In this document: in pieces, positions 47,596-57,214 of the stretch
Layout: the number at the start of each line of letters is the position of its first letter
Numbering within the stretch: the first letter of the stretch is position 1
Origin: Truepera sp.
GTDB taxonomy: Bacteria; Deinococcota; Deinococci; Deinococcales; Trueperaceae
Reading direction: 5' to 3'
Assembly: GCA_965218435.1 (NCBI GenBank)
Contig: CBDCKW010000009.1
Location: 1,472,001 to 1,536,000 of the forward strand
DNA: 64,000 nucleotides
Position numbers and translations under genes: made by a program
The notes under the pieces: generated by a model
What the model saw: only the letters and a program-made list of their open reading frames with translations
The model's database searches: none
Told to the model about the DNA's origin: nothing

Positions 47596-49481
47596 ACTTG
47601 CATGGGAGCCGGGTCACGGTTGGCCCAGCTGTAATACGGAACAGCGATGAGCTTGGTGGCAACAGCTTGTGCAGGGGAAGCCTCAACCGCCCGGTAGAGA
47701 TAGGCCGTAGCAGCTGTCTGGGCCGACGCGTCGGCCCCAAGCAAGACGACCCCGCCGAGTTCGGCAGACGGCACCGGGGTCACCTGTTCCGGTTTCGCGG
47801 GTACCACCAAGTCTCTGGGATCAACGTCCAGGTCGAGCCCTTCAGCGCAGTAAAGGATCGGCCCGCGCGCCAAAGCCACCCGTCCGGCAGCTTCAACCAC
47901 ATAAGGGTGCGCTTCTAAGTAACGCACCGGCATCGGCAAAGATAGCCGAACCGTATCGCCCGCTTGCCAATCACGGCTGAGGCTCGCGTAGCTGCCCGCT
48001 ACCACGTCGTTTACCACCTCACCATTGACGGTAACGCTCGCGCCTTCAGCCCAGGCCGGGACGCGGAGCTTTAGGGTAAACGCCCCCGTGGTCTGAACCG
48101 TTAGCGCCACGTCGCCGTCCCACGGGTAACGAGTTGTCTGCTCAAGCGTAACCTTTTGCCCATCTAGGGTCGTCTCAAGGCTACCCGCAGCGTAAAGATG
48201 AACCCACAACGCGCCTTCTTGGGTGCTGTAAAAGTAACCCGGCAAAGACGCCAACAGACGCGCTACGTTAGGTGGACAACACGCACAACCGAACCACGCC
48301 TGACGGCGGTGTGTCCCACCATCGGCTAATGGGTTTTGATAGAAGTATTCTTGACCGTCAAGTGACAGTCCCGGCAGCACCGCGTTGTAGAGGGTCCACT
48401 CGAGCAGGTCGGCGTAACGGGCGTCACCCTTCAGGGCCAAAAGTCGCCAGTTCCACATCACGCTGGCAATGGCGGCGCAGGTCTCGGTATAGGCGCGTCC
48501 ATTCGGCAGTTCGTAATCTTCGCCGAACGCTTCGCCTTCGTAGCGCGAGCCGAGGCCGCCGCTGACATACATCCGCTTCATCGTCATATTATCCCACAAA
48601 CGTTCCAACACCGTCAGATAACCCGCGTCGCCGGTCTCGGCGTACACGTCGGTAATCCCGGCGGTGTAGTAGAGCGCCCGCACCGCGTGCCCGACGACTG
48701 CGTCCAGTTCCCGGACGGGAAGATGGTCTTGGGCGTACTCAGGCGACCAGTGGCCGTAGGGTTTCCCTAAAAGGCCGCGCCCACGAGCTTCGACAAAGTA
48801 CTGAGCTTGCGCCAGATACCGCTTTTTACCCGTTACCCGGTACAGTTCGACCAGGCCCAACTCGACCTCTTCGTGACCGTCTACCGCCTCACGTTTGCCC
48901 TCAGACTCCGGGCCGAAGGTCTCACAGATATGGTCGGCAAAACGTGTCGCTACGTCCAGCAGAGACCTCTCCCCGGTGGCCCGGTAATGCGCGACCGCTG
49001 CCTGAAACAGGTGTCCGGCGCAGTACATCTCATGCAGGTCAAAATTTGTCCAACGTTCGTCGGCTCTTTCCAGCGCAAAGTAGGTATTGAGATACCCGTC
49101 GTCGCGTTGGGCGGCAGCGACTTCAGAGATGGCCACATCTACCATCGCTTTCAGCTCCGGATTCGGCCCCTCGGCGAGCGTCCAGGCGGCGGCCTCGAGC
49201 CACTTGTATACGTCCGAATCGTTGAAGTAAATGCCGACAAAAGGGGCGTCTAGTTTGCCCGAAACGCGCCGGAAGTTGTTGAGCCGGTCGGTCTCTTCGA
49301 GATGCCGAAACTGTGTGGGCAAGGTGACGTCGCGGTTGATCTGCCGCCGGGGTGCCCAAAAGCTGTCGGTCAAGGTGACGCTGCCCAGCGGGACAGGGCG
49401 CAGCTCTGCGTAGGGGCTCGAGCCGGTATCAACGACAGGCGCAGCGGTTTTGGGTGTCGTAGGCGTTTGAATCTGAGTCAT
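47580..49481 (-). CDS. GH127 family protein (beta-L-arabinofuranosidase-like)
   Basis: FNDSDVYKWLEA, HEMYCAGH, GHAVR, YTETCA, CACCPPN. Confidence 0.92.
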   Translation of the reverse strand: MTQIQTPTTPKTAAPVVDTGSSPYAELRPVPLGSVTLTDSFWAPRRQINRDVTLPTQFRHLEETDRLNNFRRVSGKLDAPFVGIYFNDSDVYKWLEAAAWTLAEGPNPELKAMVDVAISEVAAAQRDDGYLNTYFALERADERWTNFDLHEMYCAGHLFQAAVAHYRATGERSLLDVATRFADHICETFGPESEGKREAVDGHEEVELGLVELYRVTGKKRYLAQAQYFVEARGRGLLGKPYGHWSPEYAQDHLPVRELDAVVGHAVRALYYTAGITDVYAETGDAGYLTVLERLWDNMTMKRMYVSGGLGSRYEGEAFGEDYELPNGRAYTETCAAIASVMWNWRLLALKGDARYADLLEWTLYNAVLPGLSLDGQEYFYQNPLADGGTHRRQAWFGCACCPPNVARLLASLPGYFYSTQEGALWVHLYAAGSLETTLDGQKVTLEQTTRYPWDGDVALTVQTTGAFTLKLRVPAWAEGASVTVNGEVVNDVVAGSYASLSRDWQAGDTVRLSLPMPVRYLEAHPYVVEAAGRVALARGPILYCAEGLDLDVDPRDLVVPAKPEQVTPVPSAELGGVVLLGADASAQTAATAYLYRAVEASPAQAVATKLIAVPYYSWANRDPAPMQVWLRR

Positions 49482-49543
49482 AAGGGTCCTTTATGAATGA
49501 AGGGAACGAGAGTTTAAGTCACGTGGAAGTTCCTACAAATTTA

Positions 49544-50419
49544 TCAGCCCTTGCTGCCAGTGAGGGCAATGCCTTCGATAAAGTACCGCTGGGCAAAGAA
49601 GAAAAGCACAATCACCGGCGCAATCACCACCGTCGAGGCGGCCATTAGCAGGTGCCACTGCGAGCTGTAGAGTCCGGTAAACTCAGCTAAGCCTAGCGCG
49701 AGGGTAAAGTGCCGCGAATCGTTGAGATAGATCAGTGGCCCTAAAAAGTCGTTCCATGAGTTGAGCGCAGCAAAGATGGCTACGGCAATGAGTGCCGGAC
49801 GGCTGAGCGGCACGATGATATACCAGAGAATCTGTAAGGGGTTGGCCCCGTCAATGAGCGCCGCCTCGTCAAGTTCTTTAGGAATCGTGCGAAAAAACTG
49901 GCGGAGTAAAAAGATCGAGAAGATACCGCCGCCGAACCAGTGCGGGATAATCAGCGGCCAAAAGGTATTGATTAAGTCTAGGCGTGCCCACAGCAAAAAG
50001 GTTGGGATCAGCGTCACGGCGTAAGGCAACATCAGCGTGGTCAAGAGGACGTTAAACACAAAGTCTCGCCCCGGCCAGCGGAGCCGCGAAAAGCCGTAAG
50101 CGGCAAGTGCCGAGGTCAGTACCGTCCCGACCACTGCCGGAACTAAAATGGTCAGGGTATTAAGAAAGTAGTGAAAAAACGGAATGGTGGTGAGCGCCTC
50201 AGGGTAGTTTTGCCACTGCCAGGGGTCAGGAAGCCATTCGGGCGGAAAGGTAAAAATCTGCCCTAAGCCCATGACTGAACTCCGCACCAACCAGGCGAGT
50301 GGAAACAGCATCAGCACACTACCTAACAGACAGAGCAGGTAGACGATCAGCTTTCCTAGTGTGCGCCCGGAGCTGCTACGCTGGGACGTGCGGTGAGTAG
50401 AAGCGCGGCCGAGCGCCAT
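49544..50419 (-). CDS. Carbohydrate ABC permease (CUT1)
   Basis: IPKELDEAALIDGA EAA loop, WNDFLGPL. Confidence 0.93.
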   Translation of the reverse strand: MALGRASTHRTSQRSSSGRTLGKLIVYLLCLLGSVLMLFPLAWLVRSSVMGLGQIFTFPPEWLPDPWQWQNYPEALTTIPFFHYFLNTLTILVPAVVGTVLTSALAAYGFSRLRWPGRDFVFNVLLTTLMLPYAVTLIPTFLLWARLDLINTFWPLIIPHWFGGGIFSIFLLRQFFRTIPKELDEAALIDGANPLQILWYIIVPLSRPALIAVAIFAALNSWNDFLGPLIYLNDSRHFTLALGLAEFTGLYSSQWHLLMAASTVVIAPVIVLFFFAQRYFIEGIALTGSKG

Positions 50420-51378
50420 CAGCTGTTCCCTTCGTAGTAGACCCAGCGGTTTGAAGTTTTAAGCACCACAAAGCTCAGTACGGCGATGATGATGAACAAA
50501 ACCCAGGCGAGCGCCGAAGCGTAGCCCATGTCAGACTCTTGAAACGCTTTGCGGTAGAGATACAACACAAAAAACAACGAAGCGTTGTTCGGTCCGCCCT
50601 GCGTCATGATGTACGCCTGCGTAAAGGTCTGCATCGTGCCGATAATCGCCAGCACCAGGTTAAATAAAATCGTCGGCGTGACCATCGGTACCGTGATGTG
50701 CCACAGTTTATGGAGGTTGTTGCCCCCATCAATGGCCACGGCTTCATAAAGTTGCCGCGGGACGCCCTGAAGCCCGGCTAAAAAGATAATCATCATCGGG
50801 CCGACCGCCCAGAGGCTCATCAGGATGAGTGAGGGAATTACTGAGCCTTCACCGTAAATCCACTGTGAGCGGGGCAGGTGCAAAAAGTCGGCGGCGGCGT
50901 TTAACAAGCCGAAGTCGGGATTAAACAGCCAAAGCCAGAGGACGCTACTGGCAATAACCGGAACAATCGCCGGCAAGTAGAAGATGGTGCGGAAGACAGG
51001 CAAGCCCCTGATCTTTTGGTTGAGCAAGATCGCCAGAAAAAAAGCGAACACGATACTTAGAGGCACACTGCCCAGCGTATACACCGCCGTAACCCGTAAA
51101 GACTTCCAGAAGAGGGCGTCTTGCGAGAACATCCGCTGGAAATTTTGCACTCCGATCCAGTTGGGGCTGCCGGCGATGTTCCAGTCGGTAAAAGCGATCA
51201 GCAAACTCGCCACAATCGGGCCGAGTTGCCAGATTAAAAAACCCAGAATGGCCGGGGCGACGCAGAGGATGCCCCACAGCGCCTCGCTCCGCCGTTGCCG
51301 CGACATGCCCAAGCGTTTGGGTTTGCCGACGTCCCTTACAAATGGTTTGGTTGTGGCCACGAGCTCTCCATTCCCCAA
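50419..51378 (-). CDS. Carbohydrate ABC permease (CUT1)
   Basis: AGLQGVPRQLYEAVAIDG, GGPNNAS, MGYASA. Confidence 0.93.
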   Translation of the reverse strand: MGNGELVATTKPFVRDVGKPKRLGMSRQRRSEALWGILCVAPAILGFLIWQLGPIVASLLIAFTDWNIAGSPNWIGVQNFQRMFSQDALFWKSLRVTAVYTLGSVPLSIVFAFFLAILLNQKIRGLPVFRTIFYLPAIVPVIASSVLWLWLFNPDFGLLNAAADFLHLPRSQWIYGEGSVIPSLILMSLWAVGPMMIIFLAGLQGVPRQLYEAVAIDGGNNLHKLWHITVPMVTPTILFNLVLAIIGTMQTFTQAYIMTQGGPNNASLFFVLYLYRKAFQESDMGYASALAWVLFIIIAVLSFVVLKTSNRWVYYEGNS

Positions 51379-51379
51379 A

Positions 51380-51410
51380 CAGGGTTACACCTCATTTCGG
51401 TGTAACCCTG
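51380..51410 (-). terminator. 12-bp stem-loop between SBP and permease genes (stabiliser / partial terminator)
   Basis: CAGGGTTACACC-N7-GGTGTAACCCTG. Confidence 0.6.
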
Positions 51411-51421
51411 CCTGTACCCCG

Positions 51422-52792
51422 TTACCAAACGCCCTTAAGTAGCGGCTTCGCTTTTGCAGCAATCTCATCGGTCACGGCCTGAGCGGTAGCGTCTGGATTG
51501 TTCCAAAAAGTATCGAAGGTCGGGTCGACAACATCGCTAAAAAGCTGCGTTGAATTTTTGAGGTAGGTGTCAGGCGGGCGAACGGTGGCGTTGTTGAGCA
51601 CGTAATCGCCCAAAACGGTTTTAGCTTCAGGTGGATAAACGCCCTCTTGACCCTCCAACCATTCGGCTTGTTTTTCAGGGTTCGTGTAGTACTCGAGCTG
51701 TAAAGGCATCCATAACCCTTTTTTGAAGAGGTCTACATTCTCCGGGTCGTTGTGAAACTTGTAAAACTCCCAAACCGCGTCGTGACAAGGGGCGTCGTTA
51801 AACGCGACTGTACCCGCCGAGACGAGCAGCGTTGTTGGCGTTTTGAAGTACGGCAATACACCCATCCCCCAGTTGAGGCCGGGGAGCTGACTGAAGTCGA
51901 GCACTTTCCAGTGGCCCTCAAAGGTCATAGCGACTTTGCCGGTCTGCATCAATACCTCGGCGGCGGCCGGGAGTGCTTCACCTTGTGTTGGTGTCGGAGA
52001 CACGTGGTGGACATAGATGAGGTCGTGCATCTTTTGCAACGCCTCGACAGCTTCGGGTTGGTTGAGCATAAGTTCCGTGCCCGCTTCGTTGGCGAAGCTG
52101 CCGCCGTTAGAGGCGATAAACGGTAGGTACACAGCCCACCACTTGGAGAACGAAACCCCATAAGTCTCGATGTTCTGGGGGTCAAAGTCAGGGCTGGTGG
52201 CGTCAACGCCGTTACGGTCTTTGGTCAGTTTTTTGGCGGCTTCGACAAACTCGTCCCAAGTCCAGGCGTCCTGCGCGGTAGCAGGAGGATAGCCGACGCC
52301 CGCCGCGTCGAACAGGTCTTTGTTGTAATAGGTAATCATCGTTTCGGCGACCGTCCAGCTGCCGTAAGTTTTGCCGCCAAGCTCGTAGAAAGTACCTGGA
52401 AAACGGTTGCTCGCCGCCGGGTCTTGGGCAAAGTAGGGCGTGAGGTCGAGCAGCAACCCCTCTTGTGCCCACGGCAGGGCCATATCTGCACCCAAGTAAC
52501 CAGCGGCGGGGGGCGTGCCACCGGCAATCATAGTGGTAAGTTTGATGCCGTAGTCAGTCGGAATATGCTGACCACGTACCGTAATACCCGGATGCGAGTC
52601 GTTAAACGACCCGATCATGTCGTCAACGGCGCGCTTTTCTTGTGGCGATCCCCAAAAGGTAAAGGTCAGGTCTTGGTCACAAGTGGCTTGAGCACCAGCA
52701 GTACCTAAACTACTTGCCAACAGCAGCGCAGCGCCAAAAATGTGAAGGGGCCTCCAGGCCGACTTCACAGCCCCGTAACGGTTGTGTGTCAT
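51422..52792 (-). CDS. Sugar ABC substrate-binding protein
   Basis: Signal peptide, YYNKDLFD.AGV..P...WTWDEF; ATG 52792 preceded by GGAGAAAGGA. Confidence 0.92.
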   Translation of the reverse strand: MTHNRYGAVKSAWRPLHIFGAALLLASSLGTAGAQATCDQDLTFTFWGSPQEKRAVDDMIGSFNDSHPGITVRGQHIPTDYGIKLTTMIAGGTPPAAGYLGADMALPWAQEGLLLDLTPYFAQDPAASNRFPGTFYELGGKTYGSWTVAETMITYYNKDLFDAAGVGYPPATAQDAWTWDEFVEAAKKLTKDRNGVDATSPDFDPQNIETYGVSFSKWWAVYLPFIASNGGSFANEAGTELMLNQPEAVEALQKMHDLIYVHHVSPTPTQGEALPAAAEVLMQTGKVAMTFEGHWKVLDFSQLPGLNWGMGVLPYFKTPTTLLVSAGTVAFNDAPCHDAVWEFYKFHNDPENVDLFKKGLWMPLQLEYYTNPEKQAEWLEGQEGVYPPEAKTVLGDYVLNNATVRPPDTYLKNSTQLFSDVVDPTFDTFWNNPDATAQAVTDEIAAKAKPLLKGVW

Positions 52793-53034
52793 AGATATCC
52801 TTTCTCCAAACGGTAGAACGCAGACTTTGGGAAAACAATTCCGCCCTTTTAGCCGCCTCCGCATCTTCGTGACCAACAGCGCCGACAACAGTCACAGAGC
52901 AAGCTGCAACTTGTAACTTCCGGCCGGAGGTGACGAAATTCAACGATATTTGTTTAGCTATTTTTTATTATGCTGCCTCTAAGCCTACGCCGCAAGATGC
53001 GAACTATGTAGAAAAGTGGTACGATTCCGACCAC

Positions 53035-53892
53035 ATGACAACTCAGGCCACCGCCCCAAAAGAAGTGCTGCCGTTCTTTTGGGCTTTACCTCTTAAGGCC
53101 AGTAATGGCGGGCTGTTCGTGTCGCGTGGGGAGGGCAAACATCCAGACCGGATAATCAGTTCTTTTGAGCTGATATTTGTCAATAACGGGATACTCGAGC
53201 TTCAAGAAGCAAGTCGCCGTTTCAAAGTACATGCGGGTGAAACACTTTTGCTCTGGCCGGGCCGTCCCCACAAAGGAGTCGCCACTTATCCGGCAAACTT
53301 GTCATTTTACTGGGTACATTTTTACCTAAATCCGCAGCGAGGGCCGCGCGTTACGGACGCACTCCAAGAGGTGCAGATACCGCAACACACTCGGGTGAGC
53401 CGTCCTGATCACCTCACCAATCTTTTTAGGCGCTTTTTGGATGACCAAGAGACGGCTACAGCGCGTTCACCCGCAGCCGATTTGCTCCTCCTGCTGATGC
53501 TCTGCGAGGTTACGGGTCCCGATACGCCGCAAGTCGCGTCAGAGAGCGCGTCAGCTGCTCTGGCCAACCGCGCCGACACCCTTATCCGTACACAGTTTCA
53601 TAAACCTTTAAGTACCTCGAGACTAGCCCGGCAGCTTCACTGCAATCCCGACTATTTAGGGCGCGTTTTTCGTCAGTTTTACGGCCTCACGCTTACCGAA
53701 GCCGTTCACCAGCGCCGCCTTAAACACGCCCGCAAACTCCTTTTAGAAGACACTTTGACAACCGACGCGGTAGCCTCAGCGTGCGGGTTTAGCGACGCAG
53801 GGTATTTTAGACGGGTATTTAGACGAGCTGAGGGAATGACACCTTACGCATTTCGCAAGCTTTACAGCAAGGTGCATGTCAACACCGGCTAG
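53035..53892 (+). CDS. AraC-family transcriptional regulator
   Basis: Cupin N-terminus, YLGRVF, CGFSDAGYFRRVF..GMTP; likely ATG 53035. Confidence 0.92.
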   Translation: MTTQATAPKEVLPFFWALPLKASNGGLFVSRGEGKHPDRIISSFELIFVNNGILELQEASRRFKVHAGETLLLWPGRPHKGVATYPANLSFYWVHFYLNPQRGPRVTDALQEVQIPQHTRVSRPDHLTNLFRRFLDDQETATARSPAADLLLLLMLCEVTGPDTPQVASESASAALANRADTLIRTQFHKPLSTSRLARQLHCNPDYLGRVFRQFYGLTLTEAVHQRRLKHARKLLLEDTLTTDAVASACGFSDAGYFRRVFRRAEGMTPYAFRKLYSKVHVNTG

Positions 53893-53950
53893 GCGCGGCA
53901 CCAAACCGCAGCGGGAATACACGTGTCTTTACCCTGCTTAAGTACCTCCT

Positions 53951-54074
53951 AGACTCTATCCGAAAACCAGAAAAGTTGTGCCAGACTTACTTTTCTCTTA
54001 CTAACACGCTTTTCTTAGCCTTCGTTTACTGAACCTGTTTTGGTAGGAATAACAAAGGTTTTCGGATAGGTTTT
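53951..54074. mobile_element. MITE-like relic (~124 bp) with IS5-like ends
   Basis: 13-bp exact inverted core CTATCCGAAAACC (53956-53968) / GGTTTTCGGATAG (54057-54069); a related end TTTTGAGATAGGTTCT at ~54156-54171. Confidence 0.5.
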
Positions 54075-54703
54075 TAAGTATCTCCAAGCTGAAACTAGAG
54101 ACCATCTGACCGAGCTGGGCAAGTAAGATAAAACGCTCTCAGTCTGAAAAATCATTTTTGAGATAGGTTCTGCAAACGAACGGCTAAGAGAGGACAGAAA
54201 AGACCACATGGAGGTCTTTGAGCGAGGCGTATAAGCGCCTGGAAAGGAGAAACAAGGACACACCGGAAAGCTTTAATGGACTGAGTTGCGGGGTGTGAAG
54301 GAGTAGATTATGAAGGAATAAACCTTTGGCCTGCCGCACAGGTTCTTTAGCTCTGATGTTCTTGGTTTTGTGAAAGCGAGCGTTATTACGTTGTGTTCTC
54401 GCTGCGCTCGGACCAAGTACGACGACCGTTAAGCTGTAGGGGTCGGCTCGTTGTGCCATCGTGCCGAGAAACGCCTTACATTTGTCAGCGTCGCAACTGC
54501 TTTGTAAGTCACGTAGCAAAGCTTGTCTGCGGCAAGGTCTAAAGCCCCGATGAGATTAAGGCGACCTGCTCAGAGCTGGTCGCATCAGCGAACCAAGCCT
54601 CGGCGTGGAGGAATCTCAAACCGGCTACCCGAGTCTGTAGGTGTCCAGGTCTTGATGGGTTCGAGCGCCGGACTATATTCATATTCACTGGAGGTTGCAC
54701 TTT

Positions 54704-56809
54704 ATGCCCATCCCTCACGATTACCCCGAACGCGTCTACGCCGGTGTTTTAGGCAAACTTATCGGCGTCTACTTGGGCCGTCCCTTTGAAGGCTGGAGTT
54801 ATGAACGTATCGAGGCTGAATTAGGCGAGGTAACCTCTTACGTTCATGAACGCTTCGGCGTGCCGCTGGTCGTCACCGATGATGACATCTCAGGCACCTT
54901 TACCTTTTTACGCGCGCTGCCGGACCACGGCTATGATCGCAACCTGAGCGCCGCACAAATCGGTCACACCTGGCTCAACTACATCATTGAAGGGAAAACA
55001 ATTTTGTGGTGGGGTGGGATGGGCAACTCAACCGAACAAACTGCGTTTGTGCGCCTTACCCAGGGCGTCGAAGCCCCACAGAGTGGGAGTATGCGCCTCA
55101 ACAGCCAGCTGGTCGCCGAGCAGATCGGAGCACAGATTTTTATCGACGGCTGGGCGATGGTCGCGCCGGGTGAACCCGAACTGGCAGCCTCGCTTGCCCA
55201 AAAAGCTGCGAGTGTAAGCCATGACGGTGCGGCTGTCCACGCTGCGATGCTGCTGGCTGCTATGGAGGCTCAGGCTTTTATCGAGCCTGACTTGGGGACA
55301 CTGCTTGAGGTCGGCTTGTCCGTTATTCCAAGAGACTCTATTATCAGCCGACTTGTCAGCGACGTGCGTGAATGGCGAGCGGTGGATCAGAACTGGCGCG
55401 TCACCAGGGAACGTATCGCAGCGCATTACGGCTACGACAAGTACGGCGGCAACTGTCATATCGTCCCGAACCACGCCGTCGTTATCCTTAGTCTCCTTTA
55501 CAGCGACGACAACTTCGACCGCGCTCTGATGATCGCCAACACCTGCGGTTGGGATACGGACTGCAATTCGGGTAATGTGGGCTGCTTGCTGGGGATTAAA
55601 AACGGGTTGAGTGGACTTGACACCGGGCAGGACTGGCGCACCCCGGTCGCCGACCGGCTCTTTCTTCCGAGTGCCGACGGGGGACGCGCCATCACCGACG
55701 CGGTAACGGAAACGTACCACGTGATCAATACGGGGCGTGCGCTCTCCGGCGAGTCGCCCCTGGCTCCAAAAAACGGTGCCCGCTTTCACTTCGAGCTGCC
55801 TGGTTCGGTGCAGGGGTTCCGGGTTGACGAAACTTCGGGCAACACGGCGGTCAGGCTCGAGAACATCTCTGGCCATAGCCAACAGGGAAATCGCAGTTTG
55901 GCGATCCATTTCAGCAACGTTAGTCCAGAGAACCCCGCCCGTATTGCAACCGCCACCTTTATTCCGCCCGACGCCATCTCAATGCCCGGTTATGGATTCG
56001 TCGCTTCGCCCACGCTGTATCCGGGTCAGACGCTGAAGGGTCGGCTCGAGGCGAGCGAAGAGAACACAGGGGCTGTCCGCTGTCGGCCTTACATCGGCAT
56101 CTATAACGGGGACGACCTTATCGAAAGGCGTTACGGTGACCTTCTTACGTTCTTACCTGGAGAGGCTCACACTTTCTCTTGGCAATTGGGCGACACGGAG
56201 GGTGCGCCGATAGCTGAGGTCGGGCTTGAAATCAGCGAAGCGGCAGAGGGTCAGGGCGTCCTCTATCTCGATTACCTCAGTTGGGACGGAACGCCTGAAA
56301 CCGTATGGCGTCGCCCGCCGGGAAAAGGGCACATGTGGTCGCGTGCCTGGGTCAGCACGATGGATCATGTGGGTGCGCATTGGCCTGCTGCGTTCCACCT
56401 TTCAAAATCAAGAGGAACGGGCATGTTTATTCAGGGTACCCGCGAATGGACCGATTATGAGGTCAGTGCAACCCTAACGCCTCAAGTAGCAGAATCGTTC
56501 GGGCTCGCAGTCAGGGTTCAGGGTCTTGGGCGTTATTACGCGCTCCTAGTAGGCCAAGACCGTACCGTGCGGCTCGTTAAAGTTCAAGACGGAACGACCG
56601 TTTTGCAGAGATCGCCTTTCGAATGGCAGTTTGGTTCATCCTACAAGTTTGCTCTCAGAGTTGAAGGTGCAACGTTAAAGGCCAGGCTCGACGATACGTT
56701 CTTGTTTGAAGTTTCGGATGAAGGGACGTTCTTGACTGGCGGAGGAATCGCTCTGCTATGTGGAGCAGGACTTGTGAGTTGTCCGGAAATTGCAATAGGG
56801 CCAGCCTAA
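54704..56809 (+). CDS. ADP-ribosylglycohydrolase family protein with C-terminal beta-sandwich domains
   Basis: GKLIGVYLG.PFEG, TDDD, GWDTDCN.GN; GGAGG upstream of ATG 54704. Confidence 0.88.
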   Translation: MPIPHDYPERVYAGVLGKLIGVYLGRPFEGWSYERIEAELGEVTSYVHERFGVPLVVTDDDISGTFTFLRALPDHGYDRNLSAAQIGHTWLNYIIEGKTILWWGGMGNSTEQTAFVRLTQGVEAPQSGSMRLNSQLVAEQIGAQIFIDGWAMVAPGEPELAASLAQKAASVSHDGAAVHAAMLLAAMEAQAFIEPDLGTLLEVGLSVIPRDSIISRLVSDVREWRAVDQNWRVTRERIAAHYGYDKYGGNCHIVPNHAVVILSLLYSDDNFDRALMIANTCGWDTDCNSGNVGCLLGIKNGLSGLDTGQDWRTPVADRLFLPSADGGRAITDAVTETYHVINTGRALSGESPLAPKNGARFHFELPGSVQGFRVDETSGNTAVRLENISGHSQQGNRSLAIHFSNVSPENPARIATATFIPPDAISMPGYGFVASPTLYPGQTLKGRLEASEENTGAVRCRPYIGIYNGDDLIERRYGDLLTFLPGEAHTFSWQLGDTEGAPIAEVGLEISEAAEGQGVLYLDYLSWDGTPETVWRRPPGKGHMWSRAWVSTMDHVGAHWPAAFHLSKSRGTGMFIQGTREWTDYEVSATLTPQVAESFGLAVRVQGLGRYYALLVGQDRTVRLVKVQDGTTVLQRSPFEWQFGSSYKFALRVEGATLKARLDDTFLFEVSDEGTFLTGGGIALLCGAGLVSCPEIAIGPA

Positions 56810-56895
56810 ATATCAACTAGCCGACCGAGAAATAGCTGACCAAGCCACATGTTCAGCTGTTAGATGTTCAGCCAGCAGGTGTATGACGTGGGACC

Positions 56896-57085
56896 TAGAG
56901 CTTACGCATATAGACTATTTGCACAAGTTCGACCACCTCATCACTGTTCTTAAGATTGGTTGCTTTTCGTTTTCTCTCCGAGCGCGTTTCCTGCCTTGAG
57001 AACAGCTTTGTTTTAAGATGGGTGAGCGAATCGGAAGCTAAAAAACACCGTTGTGCATGAAGTTACGCCATATGCGTAAGCCCTG
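56896..57085. mobile_element. ISAs1-type MITE (190 bp) with 10-bp target-site duplication
   Basis: TIRs TAGAGCTTACGCATAT / ATATGCGTAAGCCCTG (14/16); flanked on both sides by ACGTGGGACC (56886-56895, 57086-57095). Confidence 0.85.
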
Positions 57086-57214
57086 ACGTGGGACCGGCTA
57101 AACGGCAACAGTCCTCGAGCATCTTGATACGGTAACATCGTTTGTCGCGCGGAGCCAAGGTCAGTCTCAAACTGCCAGGGTCGAAAGGGTTGAGATGCGT
57201 AGGTATACGCCTAA

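Noticed and set aside
53810..53834. Near-direct repeat GGGTATTTTAGAC / GGGTATTTAGAC in araC
   Set aside because: It encodes the normal AraC GYFRRVFRR segment, so coding constraint explains it.
54015..54519. Short minus-strand ORFs between araC and the ARH gene
   Set aside because: No motifs or RBS; the 54015-54263 ORF overlaps the IS-end relics.
55028..55909. Long antisense ORFs (this 293-aa one, also 36658-37407 and 41557-42342)
   Set aside because: They are shadows of well-supported opposite-strand genes in GC-rich DNA and have no recognisable motifs.
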